A stretch of 32,000 nucleotides of DNA, from positions 74,283-106,282 of the forward strand of contig JBAZYK010000005.1 in NCBI GenBank assembly GCA_041659405.1, written 5' to 3'. This DNA comes from Candidatus Altimarinota bacterium (lineage in GTDB: Bacteria; Patescibacteriota; Gracilibacteria; UBA1369). Shown here one piece after another: positions 1-8,341 of this stretch; the first letter of the stretch is position 1; every line of letters begins with the position of its first letter. The position numbers and the translations under genes were made by a program. A model generated the notes under the pieces. It ran no database searches. It was not told where the DNA came from and was given only the letters and a program-made list of their open reading frames with translations.

Positions 1-369
1 GTCCGTGAGGCCATGAAGAGCGACTGTGAAGTTTGGCTTTCCGGCGTGGCTTTGACCTTAAGTGAATTTGAAAATGTTGATGTTTTGCCTTCAAAGATTT
101 TCTTGTGTGGTGGCGGATCGTTGCTTCCGGAAATTAAAGAAGTGCTGGAAAGCCGTGACTGGACGCAAAAACTCCCCTTCCCTAAAAAACCACAGGTTAG
201 TTTTATGCAGCCAAAAATGATCAGCAATATGAGTGATGAGACCAAATTATTAAAGGATGTTCAGGACATTACACCGATGGCGCTGGCGAATATTGCGCTT
301 GAATATATGCAGGAGGAGCAGATTCTTTCGAAACTTCTTAAAAAAGTTGTACGATTAATGCAGATATAA
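1..369 (+). CDS. C-terminal fragment of an FtsA/PilM-like (actin-fold) protein; 5' end outside window
   Basis: Open frame from position 1 (VREAMKSDCEVW...) to TAA at 367-369; motif KIFLCGGGSLLPEIKEVLE resembles the C-terminal phosphate-2 region of FtsA/PilM-type ATPases. Confidence 0.6.
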   Translation, partial: VREAMKSDCEVWLSGVALTLSEFENVDVLPSKIFLCGGGSLLPEIKEVLESRDWTQKLPFPKKPQVSFMQPKMISNMSDETKLLKDVQDITPMALANIALEYMQEEQILSKLLKKVVRLMQI

Positions 370-374
370 AGGGG

Positions 375-458
375 GTTGGTCCTGCGAGGGAATTTCCTCC
401 TCGGACACAGGGCCCCTACCCCGGATGTCCGAGGAGGAAATTCCCTCGCAGGACCAAC
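375..458. repeat. Long perfect inverted repeat: 33-bp arms (375-407 / 426-458), 18-nt loop CAGGGCCCCTACCCCGGA (copy 1 of 2)
   Basis: GTTGGTCCTGCGAGGGAATTTCCTCCTCGGACA is the exact reverse complement of TGTCCGAGGAGGAAATTCCCTCGCAGGACCAAC. The loop is identical to the one at 2402-2419. Confidence 0.95.
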
Positions 459-481
459 GAACATAATTAAAAAGTACATCA

Positions 482-2365
482 ATGGCACCTTTCAAGAAAA
501 ATTCGGCGAAAAGTTCTAAGGATTCTAAAAAAGAGGATCCAAAAATCATGGCTACTCGTCGGATTGGGAATACTGCCGATAAAGAAGAATCCGGGGTTGA
601 TGCCAGGGCTTTAAAGAGGCTGAATGCCAAAAAAGTCATTTATATAGAAATAGATGATGAAGTTACGCAGATTTACGACCGCCTGAAGCAGCTCAGAATG
701 AAAAATATATATATCGTGGCGCCAAAACGTGCGATTATTTTTCAGAGTATTATTAATTTGCGCATTCTTAAGCGAAAAGCGGAAGATCTTGGAAAAAATA
801 TTTATATAATTACCAATGATCTTAATGGAGTTCATTTGGCGACTCAAATTGGCTTAACCGTTTATGATAAGCTGGAAGGTCACGAACATCCAAGTCTGGT
901 TTCCGGTAAATTTCTTGAAGATCAACAGAATATTACGCCTTTAAAAGCCAGTATTAACGCGCTCGATGATGATGCTCCAACCCGACAGACCGAACGTAAA
1001 CTTTCGATTTCGGAAATGATCCGAACCGGAAAACGTAAAGGACTTGCCATTATCGCCAAAAATCTTAGTTTAAAAAAACAAAAAAAAGATGCTGCGAAAA
1101 AAGGTGATGATAAAGGAAAATTGGTTCTGGTCGCCCCAAACAGGCAGGCATTGATTGCTTTAATTGTGGTTAGTTTGATTATTTTGTTAACGATTACTTA
1201 CATTGCTCTGCCGGGTTCTACGCTTCACCTTACGCCAAAATCCAATGTATTAGAGACTTCCGTGAACATAATTTTGGCTGATGTGGATTTAAATCAGGGG
1301 GAACTGGACACGCATCCCGTTCATGAAATTCCAAGTTATACAATTACAACCACCATTAAAAAGGCCATGACTTATCAGGCAACCGGTAAAAACTTTCAGG
1401 GGCAGAACGCTACCGGAGTTATTACCGTAATTAATGCCAGCAACCAGCCTTGGCCGTTAATTGCCAATACGCGCTTCCAAACCAGTGAAAATCTGGTATT
1501 TAGGAGTCAAAAGTATGTAACGGTACCGGCCCAAAATGGCAATACCCCGGGGACAATTGATATTCCGGTTGTGGCTGACCCGCTGGATGCCATGAATCAG
1601 GTAATAGGAGAAAGAGGAAATGTTGGACCAACCAAATTCTTTTTACCGGGTCTTTCTGCGGACAACCAGAAGAAACTTTATGCGGAAAATAAGACGAATA
1701 TGACCGGTGGAAAAACCATTGTGAATAAACAAATAGCTAAAGAAGACTTGGCTGCGGCTCAAGCAAAAATGCAGGCTGATTTAAAGGCTTCCGCGCAGGT
1801 TGAGCTTCAATCCGTTATTAACAAACAAAACAATCAACAGAAGACAAATTTGGTGCTTTTAACTGATTCAAAAGCCATCCAGTCGGGTGATGCAAAGGTG
1901 ACGATTCCACCTAATCTGGAAGGGCAAAAACTGGATTCTTTTGATGTTCAGGGTGAAATTACGGTCAGTGGGGTGGCTTATGATCAGACGGAAATGATGA
2001 ATATGCTTAAATCAGAATTGAAATTAAAGAAGAATCCGGAAAAACGGTTGGTTCATATTGATGATAATTCCCTAACTTATCGTGTTGTGGATATAGACGC
2101 GGTTAATAAGAAGGTCAAAATAACCGCAACAATTAAAGGAATTGAAGAGTTCGAAATCAGTCCGGAAAAAGAAAATGGCGCCAGATTGATTAAGAAAATC
2201 AAGGAACATGTGGTTGGGAAGGATATTAAAGAGGCGCGCGATTATATTCAAAATCTGCCGGAAATTGATAAAGTTAAGGTTGATAGCTGGCCGGCTTGGG
2301 CGCCGACCATGCCAAGCGTGCCGGATAATATCCGTATTGATGTGGTTTCGGGGCAGGATAGTTAA
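482..2365 (+). CDS. Predicted single-pass membrane protein with N-terminal cytoplasmic alpha/beta domain and large extracytoplasmic C-terminal domain, function unknown
   Basis: 627-aa ORF. N-term VIYIEIDDEVTQIYDRLKQLRMKNIYIVAPKRA...; one hydrophobic segment LIALIVVSLIILLTITYIAL followed by a long extracytoplasmic-looking region. Confidence 0.8.
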   Translation: MAPFKKNSAKSSKDSKKEDPKIMATRRIGNTADKEESGVDARALKRLNAKKVIYIEIDDEVTQIYDRLKQLRMKNIYIVAPKRAIIFQSIINLRILKRKAEDLGKNIYIITNDLNGVHLATQIGLTVYDKLEGHEHPSLVSGKFLEDQQNITPLKASINALDDDAPTRQTERKLSISEMIRTGKRKGLAIIAKNLSLKKQKKDAAKKGDDKGKLVLVAPNRQALIALIVVSLIILLTITYIALPGSTLHLTPKSNVLETSVNIILADVDLNQGELDTHPVHEIPSYTITTTIKKAMTYQATGKNFQGQNATGVITVINASNQPWPLIANTRFQTSENLVFRSQKYVTVPAQNGNTPGTIDIPVVADPLDAMNQVIGERGNVGPTKFFLPGLSADNQKKLYAENKTNMTGGKTIVNKQIAKEDLAAAQAKMQADLKASAQVELQSVINKQNNQQKTNLVLLTDSKAIQSGDAKVTIPPNLEGQKLDSFDVQGEITVSGVAYDQTEMMNMLKSELKLKKNPEKRLVHIDDNSLTYRVVDIDAVNKKVKITATIKGIEEFEISPEKENGARLIKKIKEHVVGKDIKEARDYIQNLPEIDKVKVDSWPAWAPTMPSVPDNIRIDVVSGQDS

Positions 2366-2370
2366 GGGGC

Positions 2371-2450
2371 GTTCAGGGTTGTAGGAATATCCCTTCACAC
2401 ACAGGGCCCCTACCCCGGATGTGTTCAGGGATATTCCTACAACCCTGAAC
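2371..2450. repeat. Long inverted repeat: 31-nt arms (2371-2401 / 2420-2450) with one 2-nt internal mismatch and the same 18-nt loop (copy 2 of 2)
   Basis: GTTCAGGGTTGTAGGAATATCCCTTCACACA pairs with TGTGTTCAGGGATATTCCTACAACCCTGAAC (24 bp + 2 mismatches + 5 bp). Loop CAGGGCCCCTACCCCGGA at 2402-2419. Confidence 0.95.
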
Positions 2451-2592
2451 ATAAGGATTTCCTTAATTTTTAATATCGGACCTAATTTAGCTATTTTATG
2501 GCTTGTTTTGCTTTTATGACCGCTACGCTTGACAAAATCGATCATTTGTGTAAAATAGATCCTCAAGATACAATCTTTCATTAAAAGGATCA

Positions 2593-3690
2593 ATGAAACT
2601 AAGGAATCTAACAATTATCGGCTTACTTACACTACTGCTGCCGTCTGAAGCGACATTTGCCGCCTATAACAGCATGCTTGCGCCTACCAATTTTACGCCT
2701 GCGAATTACATTCAGCCGAGTTATGATCCTTTTTCTGCCAGCAATACCTATGCGCCAACTTTGCCGGAAGATCAACCGGATACTGCTCCCGTGGCCGCTT
2801 TTAATATTTACAATGGTGGGTTTTTCCAGAATAACAACGTGGGCACAACGGATACCGCCTTTACCTTTGATGGAAGCTCTTCTTATGATTCTGAAACCGA
2901 TTCTTCCCGCTTGGAAGTTCGTTGGGATTTTGAAAATGATGGCGTAATTGACGGTTATTTTTCGGTCATCAAAAGCATTAAACATACATTTAAAAAACCC
3001 GGAGTTTATCAGGTAAAAATGGAGGTTTTGGATCGTGCCGGAAATGTCTCCAAAGCCACCAAAACTGTAACCGTAGTGGCAAATACAGATCCGATTCCGG
3101 CATTTTCGTATACTCCTATAAGTGATACCAACAACACAATTTTTCAATTTGATACCCACGTTTCCAGAAGTGACCAGTTTGTGGCTTCAACTCTGCAATA
3201 TCGTTTTGACTGGAATGGCGACTCCAAATGGGACACAAAATATCAGGCAAAAACTATCTGGAATCATCTTTTTGACTCAGCAGGATCACACAATGTGATT
3301 ATGGAGGTAAAAGACCCGGGTGGTCATACTGCTAAGGTAAATAGGGCTATTTCTACTTTTGAAAATACCCCACCGGTTGCTTCTTTTGGAGTTTTTACCG
3401 GCACTTTTAGCAGCTATGAATTTAATGCGAAAGCTACGACAGACGCAGAAACTGCTCACTATCGTTTATTTTATCGCTGGGACTTTGAATATAGCGGCAC
3501 AAATGACATTATGTACAACACTTACGCCGGCAATACGGATCGTGTTTCTTACAATTATAAAACTCCCGGACATAAAATTGTGCGCCTGGAGGTAATGGAC
3601 GCATATGGCGCAAAATCCTATGCCTATGCCGAATTTGATGTTCCCTGGACTAAAGTGATGGCCCAAAATTTGATTGCGCCACTTAAGTAA
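2593..3690 (+). CDS. Secreted protein with tandem PKD-like domains
   Basis: Signal-like N-term MKLRNLTIIGLLTLLLPSEATFA. Repeated PKD-style motifs: FTFDGSSSYDSE..RLEVRWDFENDG, LQYRFDWNGD, RLFYRWDFEY, HTFKKPGVYQVKMEVLDRAGNVSKATKTVTV. Confidence 0.75.
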   Translation: MKLRNLTIIGLLTLLLPSEATFAAYNSMLAPTNFTPANYIQPSYDPFSASNTYAPTLPEDQPDTAPVAAFNIYNGGFFQNNNVGTTDTAFTFDGSSSYDSETDSSRLEVRWDFENDGVIDGYFSVIKSIKHTFKKPGVYQVKMEVLDRAGNVSKATKTVTVVANTDPIPAFSYTPISDTNNTIFQFDTHVSRSDQFVASTLQYRFDWNGDSKWDTKYQAKTIWNHLFDSAGSHNVIMEVKDPGGHTAKVNRAISTFENTPPVASFGVFTGTFSSYEFNAKATTDAETAHYRLFYRWDFEYSGTNDIMYNTYAGNTDRVSYNYKTPGHKIVRLEVMDAYGAKSYAYAEFDVPWTKVMAQNLIAPLK

Positions 3691-3738
3691 AAGTGGAAAG
3701 TAATTAGGGTTTCCTGGTCAAAATTCAGATTGAGTGTT

Positions 3739-3767
3739 TGCGCGTTCATGTTTTTTGTGGTATCATG
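3739..3767 (+). promoter_or_regulatory. Putative sigma70-type promoter, TTGCGC - 17 bp - TATCAT
   Basis: -35-like TTGCGC 3739-3744, spacer 3745-3761, -10-like TATCAT 3762-3767, 34 nt before the likely ATG at 3802. Confidence 0.4.
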
Positions 3768-3801
3768 TTATGAAAACTTAATTTTTCAAACAAAAACAAA
3801 C

Positions 3802-4776
3802 ATGAAAAACTTTAAACCATCAATGTCATTTATTGCTTCTTTAGCTCTTGCAGCTATTGTTGTTGTTCCGGTTTTTGCAGCAGGTCCATTCGCAGCACCT
3901 CCAGGAAATTTGGTTGATGCGGAGTTTAATAGTGTGACGGCTGTTGGAAGTTTGTCCGGGGCCAGTGTAACAGCAGTTGGAGATTTAAAAGGGGCTACGG
4001 TTCAAGCCGATACTGGATACTTTGCAAATGGGGTCAGTGCAGGTACTGAGGGGCAAACTGTTACCGGGGGGCATTTTCGTGGCACAAGTTATGGTGTAAC
4101 AGCTGATGCACTTGGAGCTTCAGGTATAGGCGGAGCTTTTACGGGTAATTTGGAAGGTGTACATGCTAACACTCAAGGCAACGGCATAGCTGGTGTATTT
4201 GTTAACTTTCTTAATTCTGATCCTAATAGTATAATTACCCGAGTTAGGTTGGCGGGGCCGACCAGCGCTGTTGAGGCTAGCGGTAACGTTAAGGTAACAG
4301 GAAATATTTTGGCTACTGCAGCAAATTGCCCAAGTTGTCTTGCAGGTATTTTCAGGAACGCCTCAATGGCAAATGCCGTCAATCTTGGTACGAATGTATA
4401 TTCAATCGATGCGAATGGACCTGTAAATATAACAGGAAATGCTACCGTTAGTGGAACCATTACTGCAACTGGAGCCACCATTAATGGCAATTTAATTGCT
4501 ACAAAGATAAAAGCCTCAAGTATTGGAAAACTTATCAATCAAATGGGCCCTGCTGTTATTCTTAATAACGTGGGAACTTTTATTGCACAAGCTTCTTGTC
4601 CTGCACCAAGTATCCCGATTTCATGTGGGCATTATGGTTCTTTCTCTGTCATTACGCTCGCGTCATATGTTGATTTGATTAATAAAAAATGCACACTTAC
4701 GTTTAAAAGTACTACCCCCGGGCCTAATGAAAATGCTGGGGCATATGCCATTTGCTGGGACACCAATTCTTTTTAG
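3802..4776 (+). CDS. Secreted repetitive (Gly/Thr/Val/Asn-rich, beta-helix-like) surface protein, function unknown
   Basis: ORF track starts at 3730, but the signal peptide begins at the ATG at 3802 (MKNFKPSMSFIASLALAAIVVVPVFAAG). Body has short repeats such as VTGNILATA..., NITGNATVSGTITATGATINGNLIA. Confidence 0.7.
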   Translation: MKNFKPSMSFIASLALAAIVVVPVFAAGPFAAPPGNLVDAEFNSVTAVGSLSGASVTAVGDLKGATVQADTGYFANGVSAGTEGQTVTGGHFRGTSYGVTADALGASGIGGAFTGNLEGVHANTQGNGIAGVFVNFLNSDPNSIITRVRLAGPTSAVEASGNVKVTGNILATAANCPSCLAGIFRNASMANAVNLGTNVYSIDANGPVNITGNATVSGTITATGATINGNLIATKIKASSIGKLINQMGPAVILNNVGTFIAQASCPAPSIPISCGHYGSFSVITLASYVDLINKKCTLTFKSTTPGPNENAGAYAICWDTNSF

Positions 4777-4788
4777 AGTGGCTAGAAA

Positions 4789-5394
4789 TTACTGACTGAT
4801 AGAGTCTTTTAAGCCGTTCTTACACCTAACTTGATCTTCTGGAAGTGATATCTTATCACACAAGCTTGAATCTTTGGTTTGGATAGCTTTGTTTTCTAAA
4901 ATATTTAATTCGCAAGTACTTATTAATATTTTATCAGTCAGTTGTTTAGCACAAGCCGTGTAATCTCCAGAACCTATAATTTGATTTTCTTTTTCAATCT
5001 CTTTATTTCGTAAAAGCGCATTTTCTTTATCTTTTAGTCCTACTTCAACACTTATTTTGCAGGCGTTTTGTTGATCTTTGGAGAAGATTTTTGCGCAAAT
5101 GCTTTCATCCAATTTATTCAAGGCTTCATCCATGGCAATCACATCAGCAACGGCTGTTTGGCAGGCTTTTTGATAAGTCGCATCAATAACTTTATCACAA
5201 AATTTTGCATCTTTTAGTTGAACTGCACCGTTAAAAGCAGCTGTATCGGCAGCACTTGTTTGTGAGCCTTGCTGAGAAGATGATTGTACTGAAGTAATGG
5301 GCTGATTGGCTTGATTTGACGCACTATTTTGGCATCCGGCTAAAATTAACAGACACAAAGATATGCCTGCAATAAAAGTTTTTTTAATATTCAT
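4789..5394 (-). CDS. Putative lipoprotein
   Basis: N-term MNIKKTFIAGISLCLLILAGCQNS with lipobox-like LILAGC; Cys-containing repeated motifs in the mature part (CDKVIDATYQKACQTAV, CAKIFSKDQQNACKISV, CDKISLPEDQVRCKNGL). Confidence 0.7.
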   Translation of the reverse strand: MNIKKTFIAGISLCLLILAGCQNSASNQANQPITSVQSSSQQGSQTSAADTAAFNGAVQLKDAKFCDKVIDATYQKACQTAVADVIAMDEALNKLDESICAKIFSKDQQNACKISVEVGLKDKENALLRNKEIEKENQIIGSGDYTACAKQLTDKILISTCELNILENKAIQTKDSSLCDKISLPEDQVRCKNGLKDSISQ

Positions 5395-5485
5395 AGGTGT
5401 TTTGTTTATTAAATTTGTATTAATTTTTTTGTGATGGAGGGGGTGCCTATTTGTGGCGAAGGGCGCGCTTGTGATCTACAGGCTT

Positions 5486-6031
5486 TTATAATCCCAATTT
5501 TTTTCTGATTTCTTCGGCCTGGGCCTGATCGTTGCTCTGTTTTTCCTGGGCTTTTTGAGAAAGTTCAAGATCCATCCATTCGTCGTAATGCTGTTTTTCC
5601 AGTTTCTTCAGTTGTTCAACGTGCTTTGTTGAAAGTTCGGCGAATTTGCGTCGTTCCTCTTCAAAAATACGAATCAACTCATCAACTTGTGATTGTTTTA
5701 ATTTTGGAATTGACTCAATGATGCGCTTTTTTTCGTCTTTGGTAAGAGAAATCGATCCGGCCAAAAGATGAAGAAAATTTTGCTCATCAAACTTTAAAGT
5801 GTGATCAGGAACTTTGATGGCAATTATTTGTGGCAATTTAGAGCCAATTTGGAAATTAGCGGGAGTTGTGTCTTCTACCGGAGGTGGTGGCATCATTTGG
5901 CCGCCCATTCCCGGATTCATTCCCATTTGTTGAGAGGAAGCCTGGCCGAATTGTGGTTGAGCTGCCGGGTTTACTTGTTGCGAATTTTGTTGACCGTTAC
6001 CGCTATTTTGAGGAATTGGTTGATCTGCCAT
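5486..6031 (-). CDS. Q/N-rich N-terminus plus charged helical C-terminus protein, unknown function; distant paralog candidate of 30061-30669
   Basis: 181-aa ORF. MADQPIPQNSGNGQQNSQQ... then LTKDEKKRIIESIPKLKQSQVDELIRIFEEERRKFAELSTKHVEQLKKLEKQHYDEWMDLE. Confidence 0.65.
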   Translation of the reverse strand: MADQPIPQNSGNGQQNSQQVNPAAQPQFGQASSQQMGMNPGMGGQMMPPPPVEDTTPANFQIGSKLPQIIAIKVPDHTLKFDEQNFLHLLAGSISLTKDEKKRIIESIPKLKQSQVDELIRIFEEERRKFAELSTKHVEQLKKLEKQHYDEWMDLELSQKAQEKQSNDQAQAEEIRKKLGL

Positions 6032-6094
6032 AATAAAACTTTAAAAACTGATTATGATTTTAATGGAAAGGGGGCTTTAAGACAAGCTAACTTC

Positions 6095-6171
6095 TGGTGG
6101 AGATGAGAGGATTCGAACCTCTGGCCTCAACAATGTCAATGTTGCGCTCTAACCAACTGAGCTACACCTCC
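6095..6171 (-). tRNA. tRNA-Val (anticodon GAC), CCA encoded
   Basis: Minus strand GGAGGTGTAGCTCAGTTGGTTAGAGCGCAACATTGACATTGTTGAGGCCAGAGGTTCGAATCCTCTCATCTCCACCA. Acceptor GGAGGTG/CATCTCC, D arm GCTC/GAGC, anticodon stem CAACA/TGTTG with loop TTGACAT, T arm AGAGG-TTCGAAT-CCTCT. Confidence 0.97.
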
Positions 6172-6267
6172 ATGGACCATTTAGTAAAGATTTTAGACTT
6201 TTTTTAGAAATCGTTAATCTGTCTAGGGCAAAGTTATTGTACCAGAATGTTTTTATGAGTAAAGATC

Positions 6268-7107
6268 ATGCTTATGATTGATTGGCCAAAACTTGCCAAA
6301 AAAATTTGGAACACGTTATTGGACTACATTTTTCCAAAATTTTGCCTTGGCTGTAACAAAGAAGGTTCATATTTCTGCACTGAATGTTTTAAAGGCGTAA
6401 CGCTGCTAAAAGAACAGGTATGTCCCATTTGTTACCGTAAAAATGGACTAAATGGCCGTGTCTGTAAATCATGCGAAAATGCTGATTTTTTTCTGGACGG
6501 CCTATGGTGCGCGAGTTCTTTTGAAAAAAATTCGTTACTCCGGCACTGCATCCATAGTTTTAAATATGAATTTATTGAAGAATTGGCTTTGCCTTTAGCC
6601 AAAATTTTGAGTCAAAGTTTTAATGAAACGAATGCTGAAAAACCGGATTTTGGAAACTGTCTGGAAAGTTTTTTTGAGCCAGCAGGTTTGATTTGTCCGG
6701 CGCCTTTGCATCCAAAAAGACAGCGATTTAGAGGCTTCAATCAAACAGAATTATTGGCTGATGAGTTTATAAAATTAAATCGGGGTGTCTTGCAAAAACA
6801 ACAATTTTTGGAGCGCATTTATTATCACAAACCGCAAATGGAATTAAAACGGGAAGATCGAATTAAAAATGTGGAAAATGCTTTTCGGCTGAGCCCACAG
6901 ATGAGTTTGCAGTGGGGCGCTGGAATGAGTTTTAAATGCAGCACTACAGGTGACACGTCTGAATTTTTGCCGGCCGAAATCCCCCAAAATGTGATTCTGC
7001 TTGATGATGTGGCTACAACTTTATCGACTTTGAATGCCTGCGCCAAAGCGCTTAAGAAGGCCGGTGTAAAGCAAGTTTGGGGGCTTGTTTTGGCACGAGT
7101 TTTTTAG
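6268..7107 (+). CDS. ComF family phosphoribosyltransferase-like protein
   Basis: N-terminal zinc-binding pattern CLGC..YFCTECFKG..CPICYRKNG..CKSC, PLHPKRQRFRGFNQTELLA, and PRPP-like motif VILLDDVATTLSTL. Confidence 0.85.
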   Translation: MLMIDWPKLAKKIWNTLLDYIFPKFCLGCNKEGSYFCTECFKGVTLLKEQVCPICYRKNGLNGRVCKSCENADFFLDGLWCASSFEKNSLLRHCIHSFKYEFIEELALPLAKILSQSFNETNAEKPDFGNCLESFFEPAGLICPAPLHPKRQRFRGFNQTELLADEFIKLNRGVLQKQQFLERIYYHKPQMELKREDRIKNVENAFRLSPQMSLQWGAGMSFKCSTTGDTSEFLPAEIPQNVILLDDVATTLSTLNACAKALKKAGVKQVWGLVLARVF

Positions 7108-7164
7108 GATTTTCCCAATTTTTCGGTGGGGAGTATAATACAATCGATTTCTAATGTGCAGTTT

Positions 7165-8277
7165 ATGATTCTTGGGATTGACGCATCGCGTTTTAGTCAT
7201 CCGGAAGCCACGGGCGTGGAATGGTACAGCTATCATTTGTTGAATGCTTTGTTCCCTTTGCTGGGCCGCGATCACAATGTGGAGGTTCGTCTGTATGCGC
7301 CGAAAGATTTTAAACCGCTGGAAGACCTGCCTTTTAACGTGCACAAGCGCATTATCCCCTTTCCACGATTTTGGACCGTGATTCGTCTTTCACTGGAAAT
7401 GATTTTAAGACCGGTGGATATTTTGTTTGTACCTTCGCACACTTTGCCTTTAATTGGAGCCAAAAAATCGATCATCATGATTCATGATGTGGCTTTCAAA
7501 CATTTAAAAAATTCTTATCATTGGTTTCAACATTGGCTGCTGGATCACACCACAAAAAAGGCTGTGAAAAAGGCTTATCGCATCCTGGTGCCGAGTGAAG
7601 CCACCAAAAAAGATCTGATTGAGTTTTATAAATGTAAGCCGGAAAAAATTGTGGTTATTCCGCATGGTGCTCCCGAAATTTCACCTTTGCAAATTTGGAA
7701 AACGACCGAAAAACAGGAATATTTTAAACAGTTTCATTTGGAGGATAACGATCTTTACGTTTTGTATGTGGGCAGACTTGAAAGTAAAAAAAACCTGGAG
7801 CGTTTGATTGAAGCTTTTAATCGATTCTTAAGGGAATTCCCGGATTGGAAACTGGTTTTGGCCGGCAAAAGAGGTGTTGGTTTTGAGCAAATCTGGAAAG
7901 TTGTTCAACAATTTCAACTCGAAAAAAATGTGGTTATGCCGGGGTATATCACAGAAAAAGAGAAGGCGTTTTTGTTTGACCACTGCCGAATTTTTGCTTT
8001 CCCTTCTTTATATGAAGGATTTGGTTTGCCGGTTTTGGAAGCTTTTGCGCATCGTCGACCGGTGCTGACGTCTAAAACATCGTCGCTGCCGGAAGTGGCC
8101 GGTGACGCGGCTTATCTTGTTAATCCGGAAAAGGTTGAAGAAATCAGTGTTGGCTTAAAACGGCTTGTTGCCGATGGAATTCTGGCGAGTCGCCTGATTC
8201 AAAAAGGTGACGTGCAACTGAAAAAATTCGACTGGGAAAAGTCCGCAAAAAAAACTGCGGAGGTTTTGCTTGGATAA
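7165..8277 (+). CDS. Glycosyltransferase family 4 type protein
   Basis: ORF track begins at 7126; ATG at 7165 gives MILGIDASRFSHPEATGVEWYSYHL. Contains VLYVGRLESKKNLERLIEAF and FAFPSLYEGFGLPVLEAFAHRRPVLTSKTSSLPEVAGDAAYLV. Confidence 0.85.
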   Translation: MILGIDASRFSHPEATGVEWYSYHLLNALFPLLGRDHNVEVRLYAPKDFKPLEDLPFNVHKRIIPFPRFWTVIRLSLEMILRPVDILFVPSHTLPLIGAKKSIIMIHDVAFKHLKNSYHWFQHWLLDHTTKKAVKKAYRILVPSEATKKDLIEFYKCKPEKIVVIPHGAPEISPLQIWKTTEKQEYFKQFHLEDNDLYVLYVGRLESKKNLERLIEAFNRFLREFPDWKLVLAGKRGVGFEQIWKVVQQFQLEKNVVMPGYITEKEKAFLFDHCRIFAFPSLYEGFGLPVLEAFAHRRPVLTSKTSSLPEVAGDAAYLVNPEKVEEISVGLKRLVADGILASRLIQKGDVQLKKFDWEKSAKKTAEVLLG

Positions 8278-8341
8278 ATTTGGGAAAGATGATTCTGGAA
8301 GCTGGACTTGGGAATTAGGATTTCGGAAATATGTGCCCTCA

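Noticed and set aside
375-458. Simple Rho-independent terminator explanation for the long hairpins
   Set aside because: Not fully excluded, but no uninterrupted T-tract follows, and conservation of the loop and 3' flank is not explained by termination alone.
2072-2614. 180-aa minus-strand ORF spanning hairpin copy 2
   Set aside because: Mostly antisense to the 482-2365 gene, runs through the palindrome, and shows no protein-like motifs.
4711-4724. ACTACCCCCGGGCC as a third copy of the hairpin core
   Set aside because: Only partial resemblance, lies inside a coding sequence, and has no flanking inverted arms.
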